From an uncultured cyanobacterium (GTDB taxonomy: Bacteria; Cyanobacteriota; Cyanobacteriia; Phormidesmidales; Phormidesmidaceae), in assembly GCA_963793265.1 (NCBI GenBank), contig CAWBZI010000002.1, forward strand, positions 224,001 to 288,000: a stretch of DNA of 64,000 nucleotides, written 5' to 3'. Shown here piece by piece: positions 1-9,331 of this stretch. Every line of letters starts with the position of its first letter. The first letter of the stretch is position 1. Position numbers and translations under genes: made by a program. The notes under the pieces are model-generated. The model was not told the origin of the DNA. It did no database searches and worked only from the letters and a program-made list of their open reading frames with translations.

Positions 1-503
1 GGTAGACCGTAAGGAGCCAAGATGCGGTTAAAGTTGTCGCTACAGCTCGGGTGACCAGGATAGCCTGCGTCTTCGTAGTAGCGGGGGGTGCAGGCTAACA
101 GAAAGCTGTCGTGGCGATCGCACGTATCTTGAATCACCTCTACCATCGGCTGCATGGCCTGAGAAAAATACTTGCTATGCAGCCCGGCTTTGGGGTTCAC
201 AATACCGTTGAGCGATCGCGTAACGGTGCTGTCGAGCGTTTGAGAATAATCCTCACCCGCAAAAGCCAAAAAATCAGAACATTGCGATCCGTCTACATCG
301 ATAATTTGAATGTATTGGCCTAGCTGAACCGGGTAGGCTTGAGCGCTGCCCGGTTCAATGCGATACTCGGCAACCATCTCTCCTAGCGCCGCCGGGACAT
401 CCTTGTATGGACTTTCCGAACGCAGGCTCTCTAGCAGCTCATTGGGCGGCTCACTGGGCATCTCACTGGGCGGCTCATCTGACCGTCTACTGACAACAAG
501 CAT
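1..503 (-). CDS. DUF1989-domain protein, Tdm (TMAO demethylase)/aminomethyltransferase-associated type; 3' end lies outside the window
   Basis: Not in the ORF track because it runs off the left edge. My minus-strand translation from ATG 503 (alternative in-frame ATG 461) is MLVVSRRSDEPPSEMPSEPPNE...EYRIEPGSAQAYPVQLGQYIQIIDVDGSQCSDFLAF...EVIQDTCDRHDSFLLACTPRYYEDAGYPGHPSCSDNFNRILAPYGL, with no stop. QCxDF, DTxxRHD, LAC and GHxxCSDNF are DUF1989 motifs. Confidence 0.8.
   Translation of the reverse strand, partial: MLVVSRRSDEPPSEMPSEPPNELLESLRSESPYKDVPAALGEMVAEYRIEPGSAQAYPVQLGQYIQIIDVDGSQCSDFLAFAGEDYSQTLDSTVTRSLNGIVNPKAGLHSKYFSQAMQPMVEVIQDTCDRHDSFLLACTPRYYEDAGYPGHPSCSDNFNRILAPYGL
438..477. repeat. 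12-bp tandem repeat, about 3.3 copies (CTCAYTGGGCRK), encoding EPPS-EMPS-EPPN
   Basis: CTCATTGGGCGG / CTCACTGGGCAT / CTCACTGGGCGG / CTCA read directly. Confidence 0.8.
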
Positions 504-2442
504 GTTTACTGCCGTGATTCTTGGGCGAAGGGGGCACATCGTTAGCCGGATTTTCATCGAAGAAATTCAGCGGCTTCAGCATAAAACCAATGGTCGCAAC
601 CGGCATCACAGGCCAGTCTTCAGCGCGAGGAGAATGGCTGTGCGCAAAGGTGTACCAGACCACAATATCGGTGTTTTCTATGGGGCGATCGCCTTCAGTC
701 CAGTGAGGCAAGCCCGCACCACCCGGATGCTGATTAGGATAGTCGCCAGCAGGATAGTTTTCGTCCTCGTGGTAGGGCGTCACCCACAGATGCCGGGTCA
801 TGTAGGTGGCTCTTTTAGTGACGCTGGCACCTGGGCGAGCCATCGGTAGCGTGTTTTCTCCGGGCATAAGCTTGTACCCGGTCGGGTAGCCCATCGCATT
901 TGTTTTAGACGGGTTAACCACTTTCCAATAGCGCCCTTTCATCGGATCGATATAGCGCTGAGCGGCCTGCTCTGTGGGCAGCAGGGTAGATTTGGCATAG
1001 AAGGCGTTGCCGTAAGGATTATCGTTGTCTTCTTCGGGCACGATATCCACTTCATAAATAGAATTTTGAGCGCCATCTACGCACATGTCCATGCGTATAT
1101 TAAAGATGTGTTGGTGAATAGGCGCATTGAGCTGGGGAGCGACTAAGGTGCCGTACTTGGGCACTTCTCCGGGCATGACGGCGGCTGTGCTGACGACGCC
1201 TGTGAGCTTAACTTCGTATTGAATGGTGCCGTCCTGGTAGAAGTACCAGTAAAAGCCGTACTCGTAGTTGCCAACGGTGGCGATAAAAGAGATGACTAAA
1301 CGACGCGATCGCCTCACTTCAGTCTGTTCTGTACGCCAGTCCATATGCTTCCACAAAATGCCAAAGTCTTCTTCATGCAGACAAATGGCATTTTCAATTT
1401 TTGCGACCTCGCCGCGAGAGTTGGTGATAAAGCCGTCGAAGTAATAAATCTCTCCCAAGCAGTCGCAGCCCAGCGTCAGAGAATTCGCCAGCGACCCAAT
1501 GCCATATTCACCCACGTCAAATGCATTTTTGCGGTAGTGATGCGGTGCTGGATCGCCATAGGGTACGGTCATCTCAGCCAGCGAGGCCCGGTAGAAAATG
1601 GGCCGCTCTGTATCGCTGTCTGTATAGGTGACATCGTAGAGCACCAGCCCTTCGCGGGGCGTAAAGCCGACTCGAATCTTCCACTTTTGCCAGCGAATCT
1701 CATGATCATTGACTTGAAAGCTGGGGCCTTCTGGCTGCACAATTTCCAGCGGCTTAACATCGGTACGGTAGTTTTTCACATATTCCGGCGTATAGTTGCC
1801 ATCATTAGGCGGCAAAGGTACTACGCCATAGTCTTCTACCCGAATTACCTCCATCTTATTGAGGTCTACGACTGGAATAACGCCCTCAATGGGCCTGGCG
1901 TAGCCGTGATCGGTAGGATTTGCCCTTACCCAGCACAGCGCGCGAGATAGGCGTACGCCTTCTTCTTCGACGATGCCGTAGTTACCTGCTGACCAGGGAT
2001 CGACCATGACCAGATCGGGATCGGTGATGCCGCGTTTAGCGATCGCAGCTTGAAAATCTGGATTGGCCTTAACTGCCGCCTCGCACTCAACAAACTCATC
2101 TAGCATGATCGGCGGCTGCACGTTGGGAATATAGTCCCAAGCGGTCACGGTCGAGCTGTTGAGTGAGACAACGGCCTCGTAGGTTTTAGCGGTGGCGTTG
2201 TCCAGCAGAATAATGAAGGCATCTCGGGCGATCGCGTCTCCTTTTTTAAAGCTGAGAACAGTCTCTTTCGCCGGTTCTTTGAGCGTGACGGTGGCAAAAC
2301 GAACGCTGTTGCCAAGCGATTTTTGCTCGCGGACAATGCTGACAGCCGCGGTGATTTCTTCAGGCGTCAGCGGTTCTAAAGGATGGCTGACGAGCGAATT
2401 CGCACTTATTTTAGAAACCGTTCTTTCTTGGGCAAGTGTCAT
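487..2442 (-). CDS. Copper-containing (TPQ) primary amine oxidase
   Basis: TPQ consensus TVGNYEY, Cu ligands HQH (PIHQHIF) and HSHSPRAEDWPVMP, LGCDCLG motif, N-terminal HPLEPLT. Likely start ATG 2442 (MTLAQ); the ORF track extends it to 2496. Confidence 0.95.
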   Translation of the reverse strand: MTLAQERTVSKISANSLVSHPLEPLTPEEITAAVSIVREQKSLGNSVRFATVTLKEPAKETVLSFKKGDAIARDAFIILLDNATAKTYEAVVSLNSSTVTAWDYIPNVQPPIMLDEFVECEAAVKANPDFQAAIAKRGITDPDLVMVDPWSAGNYGIVEEEGVRLSRALCWVRANPTDHGYARPIEGVIPVVDLNKMEVIRVEDYGVVPLPPNDGNYTPEYVKNYRTDVKPLEIVQPEGPSFQVNDHEIRWQKWKIRVGFTPREGLVLYDVTYTDSDTERPIFYRASLAEMTVPYGDPAPHHYRKNAFDVGEYGIGSLANSLTLGCDCLGEIYYFDGFITNSRGEVAKIENAICLHEEDFGILWKHMDWRTEQTEVRRSRRLVISFIATVGNYEYGFYWYFYQDGTIQYEVKLTGVVSTAAVMPGEVPKYGTLVAPQLNAPIHQHIFNIRMDMCVDGAQNSIYEVDIVPEEDNDNPYGNAFYAKSTLLPTEQAAQRYIDPMKGRYWKVVNPSKTNAMGYPTGYKLMPGENTLPMARPGASVTKRATYMTRHLWVTPYHEDENYPAGDYPNQHPGGAGLPHWTEGDRPIENTDIVVWYTFAHSHSPRAEDWPVMPVATIGFMLKPLNFFDENPANDVPPSPKNHGSKHACCQ

Positions 2443-2479
2443 CGTAGTGAGTCTCCTGAATACTTTTTCAGCTTTTCTT

Positions 2480-3931
2480 TTAGCTACTAACGCCAACCAT
2501 CACAGGTCTTTTTGACTGAACCTCGTTCTCTTCCGTTTCACGCGTTGCCACCTCTGCTAAGAGTGTCTCCGCTAGCTTGCGTTTCTCCTCATCGCCCATT
2601 TTCTTCAGCTCGCTATTCAACGCCCTTTCATTCACAGACTGACTCCAATAGTCCAGACTCTCAAACCCCAGCAGCGCCGACTTCCCGACAAACTGACGCA
2701 AAATCTCGTTAGTTGGCCCCATCACCCAGCCCGCTTTGCCATCGCGTAAATAGCGCTCTATTTCCATATCCTTCTTAAAGCCAGAGCCACCGCAGGCGTG
2801 AAGCATTTTGTCGCAAACGTGAGCTACGTTTTTCGCTGCCGAAAACTTAATTTGCCAGTACCAGTGCAGATAAGCAGAGCGCGGTAGCGCCGTTACATCC
2901 GCATGAACCGACCAGTCACAGTTATTCGTAAGCTGATCCATAAGCTGACCCATCGAAAAGGTATACATCCGACAGGCGCTAGTGTCGATAATGCTCTCTC
3001 CAAAGTAGTCTTGAATGGTGGGATAGTCGGCCACTCTCATGCCGACATCAACGTGCTTTTTACGGGTGACGTGCTTCTTGGCAATGTCAATTGCGCCTAT
3101 TGCGATCCCGTTCCAACAGGCCGACGAACACAGCAAGAAAAAGGGATCAACAATCTCATCATTAGAGGCCACGCCGTCGCCCTCGGGGCCAATCATGCGC
3201 TGCTCAGGAATCACCACGCCATCGACTAAAAGCGCACCTGACTGATTGCCCCGCAGACCGAGCGCATCCCACTTGTGAGGTTCCGCCTGGGCTTCGTTGC
3301 CGTAAATCAAAAAACAGGAGAGATCGGAATAGTCGCCGCTGAAGTTAGGGCTAGTTGTTTGCACAACGTACCAGTCTGCAAAGCCTGCTGAAGTTGTCCA
3401 GGAGGCTCGCTTGAATACCTGCCATCCTGAGGCCGTTTTCTCAGCCCGAGAAGACACCGGATACCAAAAGTGAGAGCCTGTTTCTGGGTCTGAATAGGAG
3501 AGCGTGCCGATGGCGACATCAGTATCTAATCGCTTGAGCAGGGTCTGAAGCTCTGGGTTGCTGTGGGCGCGAAATAGGGTCGCTGCCACTGCGCCCAAGT
3601 GCATGGTGTAGCACATTGCCGTGCTAGGACAGCCATAGCGGGCAATGGTTTCTACGACCATCGCCGCGCAGGTGTGGTTTTCGCCTAAGCCGCCCCACGA
3701 CTGAGGAACTAAAAGACCTAATAGGCCCAGAGAAGCCAGGGCTTTGAAGTTTTCGCGAGGGTAGATGAGCTGACGATCGGAGGCGATCGCATTCGGCCTC
3801 AGCACCCTAGCGCACAGGTCAATCAGCTTTGCCTGAAGCGCTTTTTGCGCGGGCGTCAGCATCCACTGCGGATCAAAATCCTCACTAATACCGCCAAAAG
3901 AAGCCTGATCAAAACAAGTCGCAGCAGCCAT
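2480..3931 (-). CDS. Acyl-CoA dehydrogenase-fold flavoprotein, atypical
   Basis: ACAD-like segments SYSDPETGSH, KRASWTTSA, WDALGLRGNQS, ACGGSGF and IERYLRDGK. The canonical IYEGT motif reads VMGPT. Confidence 0.85.
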   Translation of the reverse strand: MAAATCFDQASFGGISEDFDPQWMLTPAQKALQAKLIDLCARVLRPNAIASDRQLIYPRENFKALASLGLLGLLVPQSWGGLGENHTCAAMVVETIARYGCPSTAMCYTMHLGAVAATLFRAHSNPELQTLLKRLDTDVAIGTLSYSDPETGSHFWYPVSSRAEKTASGWQVFKRASWTTSAGFADWYVVQTTSPNFSGDYSDLSCFLIYGNEAQAEPHKWDALGLRGNQSGALLVDGVVIPEQRMIGPEGDGVASNDEIVDPFFLLCSSACWNGIAIGAIDIAKKHVTRKKHVDVGMRVADYPTIQDYFGESIIDTSACRMYTFSMGQLMDQLTNNCDWSVHADVTALPRSAYLHWYWQIKFSAAKNVAHVCDKMLHACGGSGFKKDMEIERYLRDGKAGWVMGPTNEILRQFVGKSALLGFESLDYWSQSVNERALNSELKKMGDEEKRKLAETLLAEVATRETEENEVQSKRPVMVGVSS

Positions 3932-3975
3932 AGAAAAGTTTGTAGGTGAACGTTACAGGTGAAAAGAGATAGAAA

Positions 3976-4878
3976 CTATCCAACAGAAACCGCTGCCGTC
4001 TCCGCCAGCGGATCGGCGCAGTAATCAGCCAAATGAGGACTCCGGTAGCCATCCTTTTGCCAGAGCACCGGGAAAAAGCTCTCATCCATCTCGTTACTGC
4101 CGAGCCGCTTGTAGCGCCCGTAGATATATCCGGCCTGATGCGTTGGATGAAACTGTGAATTCGACGGAATCGTGTGCAAGCCAATGCTGTGAAACGTGCC
4201 TTCTGTGCGCGTTGTTTTACACAGTCCATGCCAGGTGCGCCCGTGATGAAAGGCGCAGCCGCCTGCGGGCACTTCTACCACCACCAGTTCAGGCTGCTCT
4301 ACCCCGGCATTTTCTGCCGCCTGAAGCATTGCCCAGCGGTAGTCTTTAGTCGGCGCATGAAACTCTCCTTCTACGGCTGCTAGGGGCCACTTATGAGATC
4401 CTTTCACGTACACCAGCGTTCCATCGGCGGCAGTGGCATCGTCTAGCGCGACCCAGCAGGTCATCATTTGCGCGGGATTCAAATAGTCTATGTAGGCTCC
4501 GTCTTGATGCATGGCGATCGCCTTCGCCCCAGGCGGCTTCATCCACAGGCTGTCCTGACCAATTCTCGCCCCTTGCCAACCTGCCAAGGTCGCGGTTAGT
4601 CGGCCAATCTCGGCCGAGAGTACCAGGCTAGCAATCGTGCGATCGCACTTCCAGGCATTACACATCTCTCTGGTGACATCTGGCAGGCTCAGTCCGGGCC
4701 GCCAGTACCACTCGTCGGGATAAATGCCCGTTTCAAACTCTCCATGAAACAGCGGCTCCATTCGAGCCGCGAGCCGCTTGGCGAAATCGGGCGGCACAAA
4801 GTTTTCGACAATTAAGAAGCCGTCTGCTTGAAACTGTTTAATCTGCGCTTGCGTAAGCGTAACGGGCTGATAGCTCAT
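3976..4878 (-). CDS. Phytanoyl-CoA dioxygenase (PhyH) family Fe(II)/2-oxoglutarate dioxygenase
   Basis: LTQAQIKQFQADGFLIV N-terminus, KPP, HQD, WVALDDA...G, GSH and distal WHG. Start ATG 4878; the upstream ORF extension runs through the promoter. Confidence 0.9.
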   Translation of the reverse strand: MSYQPVTLTQAQIKQFQADGFLIVENFVPPDFAKRLAARMEPLFHGEFETGIYPDEWYWRPGLSLPDVTREMCNAWKCDRTIASLVLSAEIGRLTATLAGWQGARIGQDSLWMKPPGAKAIAMHQDGAYIDYLNPAQMMTCWVALDDATAADGTLVYVKGSHKWPLAAVEGEFHAPTKDYRWAMLQAAENAGVEQPELVVVEVPAGGCAFHHGRTWHGLCKTTRTEGTFHSIGLHTIPSNSQFHPTHQAGYIYGRYKRLGSNEMDESFFPVLWQKDGYRSPHLADYCADPLAETAAVSVG

Positions 4879-4929
4879 TGACTGATAGCCGATTTGAAAA
4901 TATTTGACAAAAAAGAATAAACAAACTCT

Positions 4930-4945
4930 ACTTGTCATAATAAGT
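4930..4945. promoter_or_regulatory. Putative GntR/HutC-type operator ACTTGTCATAATAAGT
   Basis: Near-palindrome in a divergent intergenic region; the motif recurs at 5784, 8278 and 8310. It overlaps a minus-strand TATTAT (4937-4942). Confidence 0.65.
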
Positions 4946-4963
4946 TTCTTTTGAGAAGAAACG

Positions 4964-4977
4964 GTGCGCTTCGCTAC
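4964..4977 (-). promoter_or_regulatory. Putative NtcA box (GTAGCGAAGCGCAC) for the PhyH operon
   Basis: GTA-N8-CAC, one mismatch to GTA-N8-TAC, followed 21 nt downstream on the minus strand by TATTAT (TAN3T -10 element). Confidence 0.55.
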
Positions 4978-5027
4978 ACTTTCACAAAACACATGACAAA
5001 ACATCTGGGAGAATCAGGGAAACAGCC

Positions 5028-5771
5028 ATGAAATCTGAAGAAACATTAACTGCGCAATTAACCATGCAGCCCGGCCATCTAAACATTGTGGCCAGTGACT
5101 TTGATGCTCGTCCGATGAGCTACATTGATGCAGAGGGCTATCGGACAGGGTATGAGGTAGAGCTGGCAAGGGTGGTGTGCGATCGCCTCAATCTCAAACC
5201 CGTCTGGCACAATCTCCCAATGAAAGACTTTTACACCAGCTTAGATCCCAATCAAAACAAGCAGTACGACATTGTTTGGTTCAATCAGGCGATTACCCCC
5301 GCCCGGCAGCAGCAGGTTGACTTTACTCAACCCTACGGCCTGTTTGACGAAGCCGTACTGGTCAAGCAGCCAAGCTCTGTCACTGCGCCTGAAGACCTGG
5401 CAAACCTGCGGGTTGGTGGACTTGCAGGCAGTACAAATATTGAGCTAGTAGACGGCTTTTCTGGTGCCAAAGCAGTGCCTTACCTGGGCAGCGATAAGGT
5501 ATTACCTGAAATGCTATCTGCCCTACGAGCAGGCGAGATCGATGCTCTAATTGATGATGAGCTGGTGCTGATTGTTGCTGCTGAAGAAGATCCTAAATTA
5601 CGTTTGGCATTTAGTTTGCCGACCAAAGCACCTTTTGCTATTGGAGTATCTAAAGCTCAGCCCATGCTGCAAGAGAAGCTAGACGCTACACTCTCTGCGG
5701 TGATCGCAGACGGCACGCTAGGGCAGCTTTGGGAAAAGTGGATTCCCTGGAAACCGTTTCCGTTCTCGTAG
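5028..5771 (+). CDS. Amino-acid-type (family 3) substrate-binding-domain protein without an evident signal peptide
   Basis: GYEVELA, AITPARQQQVDFTQPY, GGLAGST, LRAGEIDALIDD and DGTLGQLWEKW are SBP_bac_3 motifs. There is no hydrophobic N-terminal segment. Confidence 0.85.
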   Translation: MKSEETLTAQLTMQPGHLNIVASDFDARPMSYIDAEGYRTGYEVELARVVCDRLNLKPVWHNLPMKDFYTSLDPNQNKQYDIVWFNQAITPARQQQVDFTQPYGLFDEAVLVKQPSSVTAPEDLANLRVGGLAGSTNIELVDGFSGAKAVPYLGSDKVLPEMLSALRAGEIDALIDDELVLIVAAEEDPKLRLAFSLPTKAPFAIGVSKAQPMLQEKLDATLSAVIADGTLGQLWEKWIPWKPFPFS

Positions 5772-5781
5772 CTCTTGATAC
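5768..5781 (+). promoter_or_regulatory. Putative NtcA box GTAGCTCTTGATAC upstream of the GS-like gene
   Basis: Exact GTA-N8-TAC about 90 nt upstream of the start; TTTACT lies 22 nt downstream (5804-5809). Confidence 0.65.
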
Positions 5782-5783
5782 AA

Positions 5784-5799
5784 ACTTGTCATAACAGGT
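5784..5799. promoter_or_regulatory. Putative GntR/HutC-type operator ACTTGTCATAACAGGT
   Basis: Second copy of the palindrome, sitting between the NtcA box and the presumed -10 element. Confidence 0.65.
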
Positions 5800-5870
5800 T
5801 AGCTTTACTTAAAAGGAAATAGGTCTGTTTCACATTCGCCTTTGCAAATTACCTCGGAGACTTTTAAAAA

Positions 5871-7394
5871 GTGACTGGAACTCTTATCAAAAGCAGCGCT
5901 TCAAAAAACTCTTCAAAAAATGACACAACAGACATTGAAGCCTACGTGAGTGCCGAAGGCCGCGCTGAAAAAGTCAGGCAGGTACGCGCCAAAATTGATG
6001 AGCTAGGCGTTCAATATATCTACTATCAGTTCATTTCTATTACGGGGAAAATTGTTGGGAAGGGTGTTCCTGCTGACCATTGGGAAACGACCGCGAAAGG
6101 TGGCATTCAGCTTGTGTACGGTGCCACGGTAAACCTAGCAATTGACCGCCAGCAGCAGTATTTGGGCTACGGGCCTGAGTCTGCTGAGCTAGTGGCCATC
6201 CCCGATCCAGACACCTTTTGTCAGTTGCCCTGGGATAAGCGGGTGGCAAGAGTTTATTGCGTGTGCTTTCGCAACCGTGAAGAAGAAGAGAATCCGGGTG
6301 CTTTTCTCACGTCAGACTGTCGCGGCAATCTCATGCGTATCCATGCAGATTTTCAACAGAAGCACGGGCTTCAGCTACGCCACGGCTGTGAGCCAGAAAT
6401 GATGTGGCTTAAAAAAGGGCCAGATGGTAAGCCGGATGGCGGTGTGACTAAGCCGAACTGCTACCACATCGATCAGTTTGAGGAGCTGCGGCCTGTGTTT
6501 TTGCGCGTGATTGAGTACTCACGGGCAATGGGCTTAGATATGATTCAAGGCGATCATGAGGACGCGCCAGGGCAGCTAGAGCTGAACTTTATGTATGATG
6601 ATGCGCTGCGGACGTGCGATCGCCTTACCACCTACCGCCAAATTTGCGCTCAGGTTGCCCGTGAATTCAATCTCATTGCCTGCTTCATGTCCAAGCCATT
6701 CCTGGGCGTTTCTGCCTCGGGCTGTCATCACAATCTCTCTCTTTGGCGCGGTGGCGATACCGCCGTCAAGTCATTTGGTATGGAGAGTTTACTTGGGCTC
6801 GAAGGCAACTACACCTACAGTCAGGGTGGAGAAAACACCTTTATGCCTGTTAAGGGAGAGTCGCCGCGCATACCGGGGCCAGTGGGGCTGCACTGCATTG
6901 GCGGCGTGATTGCTCACTTGGGCGCACTGACGGCGGTGGGCTGCTCTACCGTGAATTCTTACCGGCGGCTGTGGGATGCGGGTTTCTGGGCTCCGGTCTA
7001 TTCGGACTGGGGCTATCAAAATCGTACCTGCGGGCTCCGGGTTTCAGCGCCCGGAAGATTTGAATATAGAGCGGTGGATTCTATGGTGAATCCTTATTTG
7101 ATGGCGGGTGCGATGCTGAAGGCGTTTGATGACGGATTGAGTAACCAGTTAGATCCGGGTAAGCCTGAGCAGCGCAACATTTACGAGGCGATGGAGGCGG
7201 GCAAGCAAACGAAAAAGCTGCCGATGTCGTTGGGAGAAGCGTTAGATCGGCTGGCTGAGGACGAGGTAATCAAGTCAGCGATGCCGGGTGAAATGTATCG
7301 GTTGTTTGAAGAATATAAGAGAGATGAGTGGATTCGATTTTTGGCGACGACTAGCAACTGGGATGCTGAGAACTATATGCACTGCTTGCCGTGA
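5871..7394 (+). CDS. Glutamine synthetase-family ligase (probable gamma-glutamyl-amine synthetase, not housekeeping GSI)
   Basis: GCEPE, DHEDAPGQLELN, FMSKPF...SGCHHNLSLW, NSYRRL, WGYQNRTCGLRV and RFEYRAVDSMVNPYL. GTG start. Confidence 0.88.
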   Translation: MTGTLIKSSASKNSSKNDTTDIEAYVSAEGRAEKVRQVRAKIDELGVQYIYYQFISITGKIVGKGVPADHWETTAKGGIQLVYGATVNLAIDRQQQYLGYGPESAELVAIPDPDTFCQLPWDKRVARVYCVCFRNREEEENPGAFLTSDCRGNLMRIHADFQQKHGLQLRHGCEPEMMWLKKGPDGKPDGGVTKPNCYHIDQFEELRPVFLRVIEYSRAMGLDMIQGDHEDAPGQLELNFMYDDALRTCDRLTTYRQICAQVAREFNLIACFMSKPFLGVSASGCHHNLSLWRGGDTAVKSFGMESLLGLEGNYTYSQGGENTFMPVKGESPRIPGPVGLHCIGGVIAHLGALTAVGCSTVNSYRRLWDAGFWAPVYSDWGYQNRTCGLRVSAPGRFEYRAVDSMVNPYLMAGAMLKAFDDGLSNQLDPGKPEQRNIYEAMEAGKQTKKLPMSLGEALDRLAEDEVIKSAMPGEMYRLFEEYKRDEWIRFLATTSNWDAENYMHCLP

Positions 7395-7441
7395 GGGATT
7401 TGCATGTCATGTTTCAAACGCACCTACTCAAACGCACAGCA

Positions 7442-8212
7442 CTAAGACTGTTTCTTTTTGTCATTGAGTGCGTTTTCTGCTCGCTCAATTGTTAAAGAAT
7501 AGCAAAAGCGGTCGGCTCTAGAAATAGTCTCACCGTGCAAAACGGGCGTTTCACGTTCCGTATAAGCTGTGTATCTGTAAACGATTAGCGGATGCCCTAA
7601 AGGCACTTCTAAATGGTTGCTCATTTCGTAGTCAGCGTGAGTGCATTCAATGGTGGCTTCTATTTTCTCAATAGGAACGGCGTTTGCTTCTAGGGTAGGA
7701 AACGTCATTTGGCGTTTGAGCTGTGTTCCTAACTTTTGCCCTAGCCCCAGCAAAATATAGGTCACGTCAACGGCTCCGGCTGCGCCATCCATCCGCAGCA
7801 GTTTTTTTTGCAGATATACGCTCGGGTATGTGCCCGAAGCTGAGGTCGAATCTTTGCTGAGCTGCAAGGCCACTCGAACGGGCTTAGGCGGACGAACTTT
7901 TTTGAACGTGAGATTATCAAACGAAAGCTTTATTCCTTTGCTGGCGATATCTTGCTCTAAAAAAACCAGCGGGCTAGAAAGGGAGTAGGCGGTTTTGACT
8001 TGCGGGGTGACGAAGACGCCTTTTCCCTGCTGCGATCGCGCTAACCCCTGACTGACCAAATTCGTCACGGCCTGCCTCACCGTAATCCGGCTCACCCCAA
8101 ACGTTTTCATAAGCTGATGCTCGCTAGGCAGCTTTTCACCCGGCAAATACTCACCGATTTCTATCTGATGACGGAGCTTTTCAGAGATACTGATATGAAG
8201 AGGAACGCTCAT
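7442..8212 (-). CDS. GntR-family regulator with UTRA domain (HutC subfamily)
   Basis: GEYLPGEKLPSEHQLMKTFGVSRITVRQAV...GKGVFV winged HTH and a C-terminal ...ISRADRF UTRA-like end. Start ATG 8212. Confidence 0.92.
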   Translation of the reverse strand: MSVPLHISISEKLRHQIEIGEYLPGEKLPSEHQLMKTFGVSRITVRQAVTNLVSQGLARSQQGKGVFVTPQVKTAYSLSSPLVFLEQDIASKGIKLSFDNLTFKKVRPPKPVRVALQLSKDSTSASGTYPSVYLQKKLLRMDGAAGAVDVTYILLGLGQKLGTQLKRQMTFPTLEANAVPIEKIEATIECTHADYEMSNHLEVPLGHPLIVYRYTAYTERETPVLHGETISRADRFCYSLTIERAENALNDKKKQS

Positions 8213-8277
8213 AAGTTGGGTCAAAAGAAACACAAAAAAAGTGGACTTGGCGGCAGTATAGGCTTGCTACGTCAGCT

Positions 8278-8323
8278 CTTGTTATACCAGCTTGGGTATG
8301 TTAACTTTACTTGTTATAACAAG
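8278..8323. promoter_or_regulatory. Two putative GntR operators (CTTGTTATACCAG 8278-8290; perfect palindrome CTTGTTATAACAAG 8310-8323)
   Basis: They lie in the divergent gap between the GntR gene and the desaturase-like gene and match the copies at 4930 and 5784. Confidence 0.7.
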
Positions 8324-8349
8324 CTATCGTTCAGAGGCACTACGCTTAT

Positions 8350-9330
8350 ATGACCGCTAATATCCTTGGTAAAACAGCCTCACCAGCCACGCCACCTAAT
8401 GCTTCACAGGTTAATCTACCTGCGGCAAACCCACGTCAGCTCTTGAGCACTCAGCAGCTATCATCCCTCAATCAGCGCTCAGACATGATTGGAATGCTGC
8501 GGTTCGTCTCTCACCTATCCGTTCTGTGCGTCAGTGGATATGTGTGGGGCACGGCTACGGGCATATGGAGCGTCATAGGGCTAGTCGTCTACGGGGCTAG
8601 TTTAGCGCTGATGTTTTGCGCGGTGCATGAATGTGTGCACAGAACGGCTTTTTCTCATACCCGAGTAAATGACGCGATCGCCTGGATAGCAGGCTTACTA
8701 TCATTTTACAACAGTACGTTTTACCGGCGCTATCACAAGTGGCATCATCGCTACACGCGCGTTGCTGGGAAAGATCCTGAGCTAACTGACTTAGAGCCTA
8801 GCAATATAGGAGAGTACCTTTGGGTATTAAGCGGATTGCCCTGGTGGAAAGGAAAAATAGAAGGCCATATAAAAGCAGCGCTCGGTCAGCTTGACGAGTG
8901 CTTTTACCTGCCGGAAAGTTCGCATTCGTCGGTTATTCGCTCTACCCGATTACAGCTTGCGGCCTATGGCGCGATCGCTCTAACATCCGCCGCCCTCGGC
9001 CACCCCTGGTTTATCGCCACCTACTGGCTATTGCCGCTAGCCGTCGGCCAGCCTATCCTCCGGTTTGTGCTCCTAGCCGAACATACCGGATGCAGCTACG
9101 GTGATAATTTCCTAACCAATACCCGCACGACGCTTACCTTCTGGCCGTTGCGTTTGCTCATGTGGAACATGCCCTATCACGCAGAGCATCACCTTTATCC
9201 GTCTATCCCCTTCCACTCACTGCCCGCCGCTCATGAGCAGTTAAGAGAGAAATTCTCTCATGTCGATCAAGGATATATGCAGGTGAATAGAGATATTGTA
9301 GACGCGTTTCAACTATCTGAGCCCGTATAA
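8350..9330 (+). CDS. Membrane di-iron fatty-acid-desaturase-family protein (MocD/RtxC-like subgroup)
   Basis: His boxes HECVH, HKWHH and HAEHH, plus AEH, NTRTT and hydrophobic segments. Confidence 0.85.
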   Translation: MTANILGKTASPATPPNASQVNLPAANPRQLLSTQQLSSLNQRSDMIGMLRFVSHLSVLCVSGYVWGTATGIWSVIGLVVYGASLALMFCAVHECVHRTAFSHTRVNDAIAWIAGLLSFYNSTFYRRYHKWHHRYTRVAGKDPELTDLEPSNIGEYLWVLSGLPWWKGKIEGHIKAALGQLDECFYLPESSHSSVIRSTRLQLAAYGAIALTSAALGHPWFIATYWLLPLAVGQPILRFVLLAEHTGCSYGDNFLTNTRTTLTFWPLRLLMWNMPYHAEHHLYPSIPFHSLPAAHEQLREKFSHVDQGYMQVNRDIVDAFQLSEPV

Positions 9331-9331
9331 G

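Noticed and set aside
5871..7394. Calling the GS-like gene glnA
   Set aside because: It lacks the GSI N-terminal FDGSS motif and its context points to amine glutamylation.
8256..8270. GTA...TAC as an NtcA box before the desaturase-like gene
   Set aside because: The spacer is 9 nt rather than 8 and there is no correctly spaced -10.
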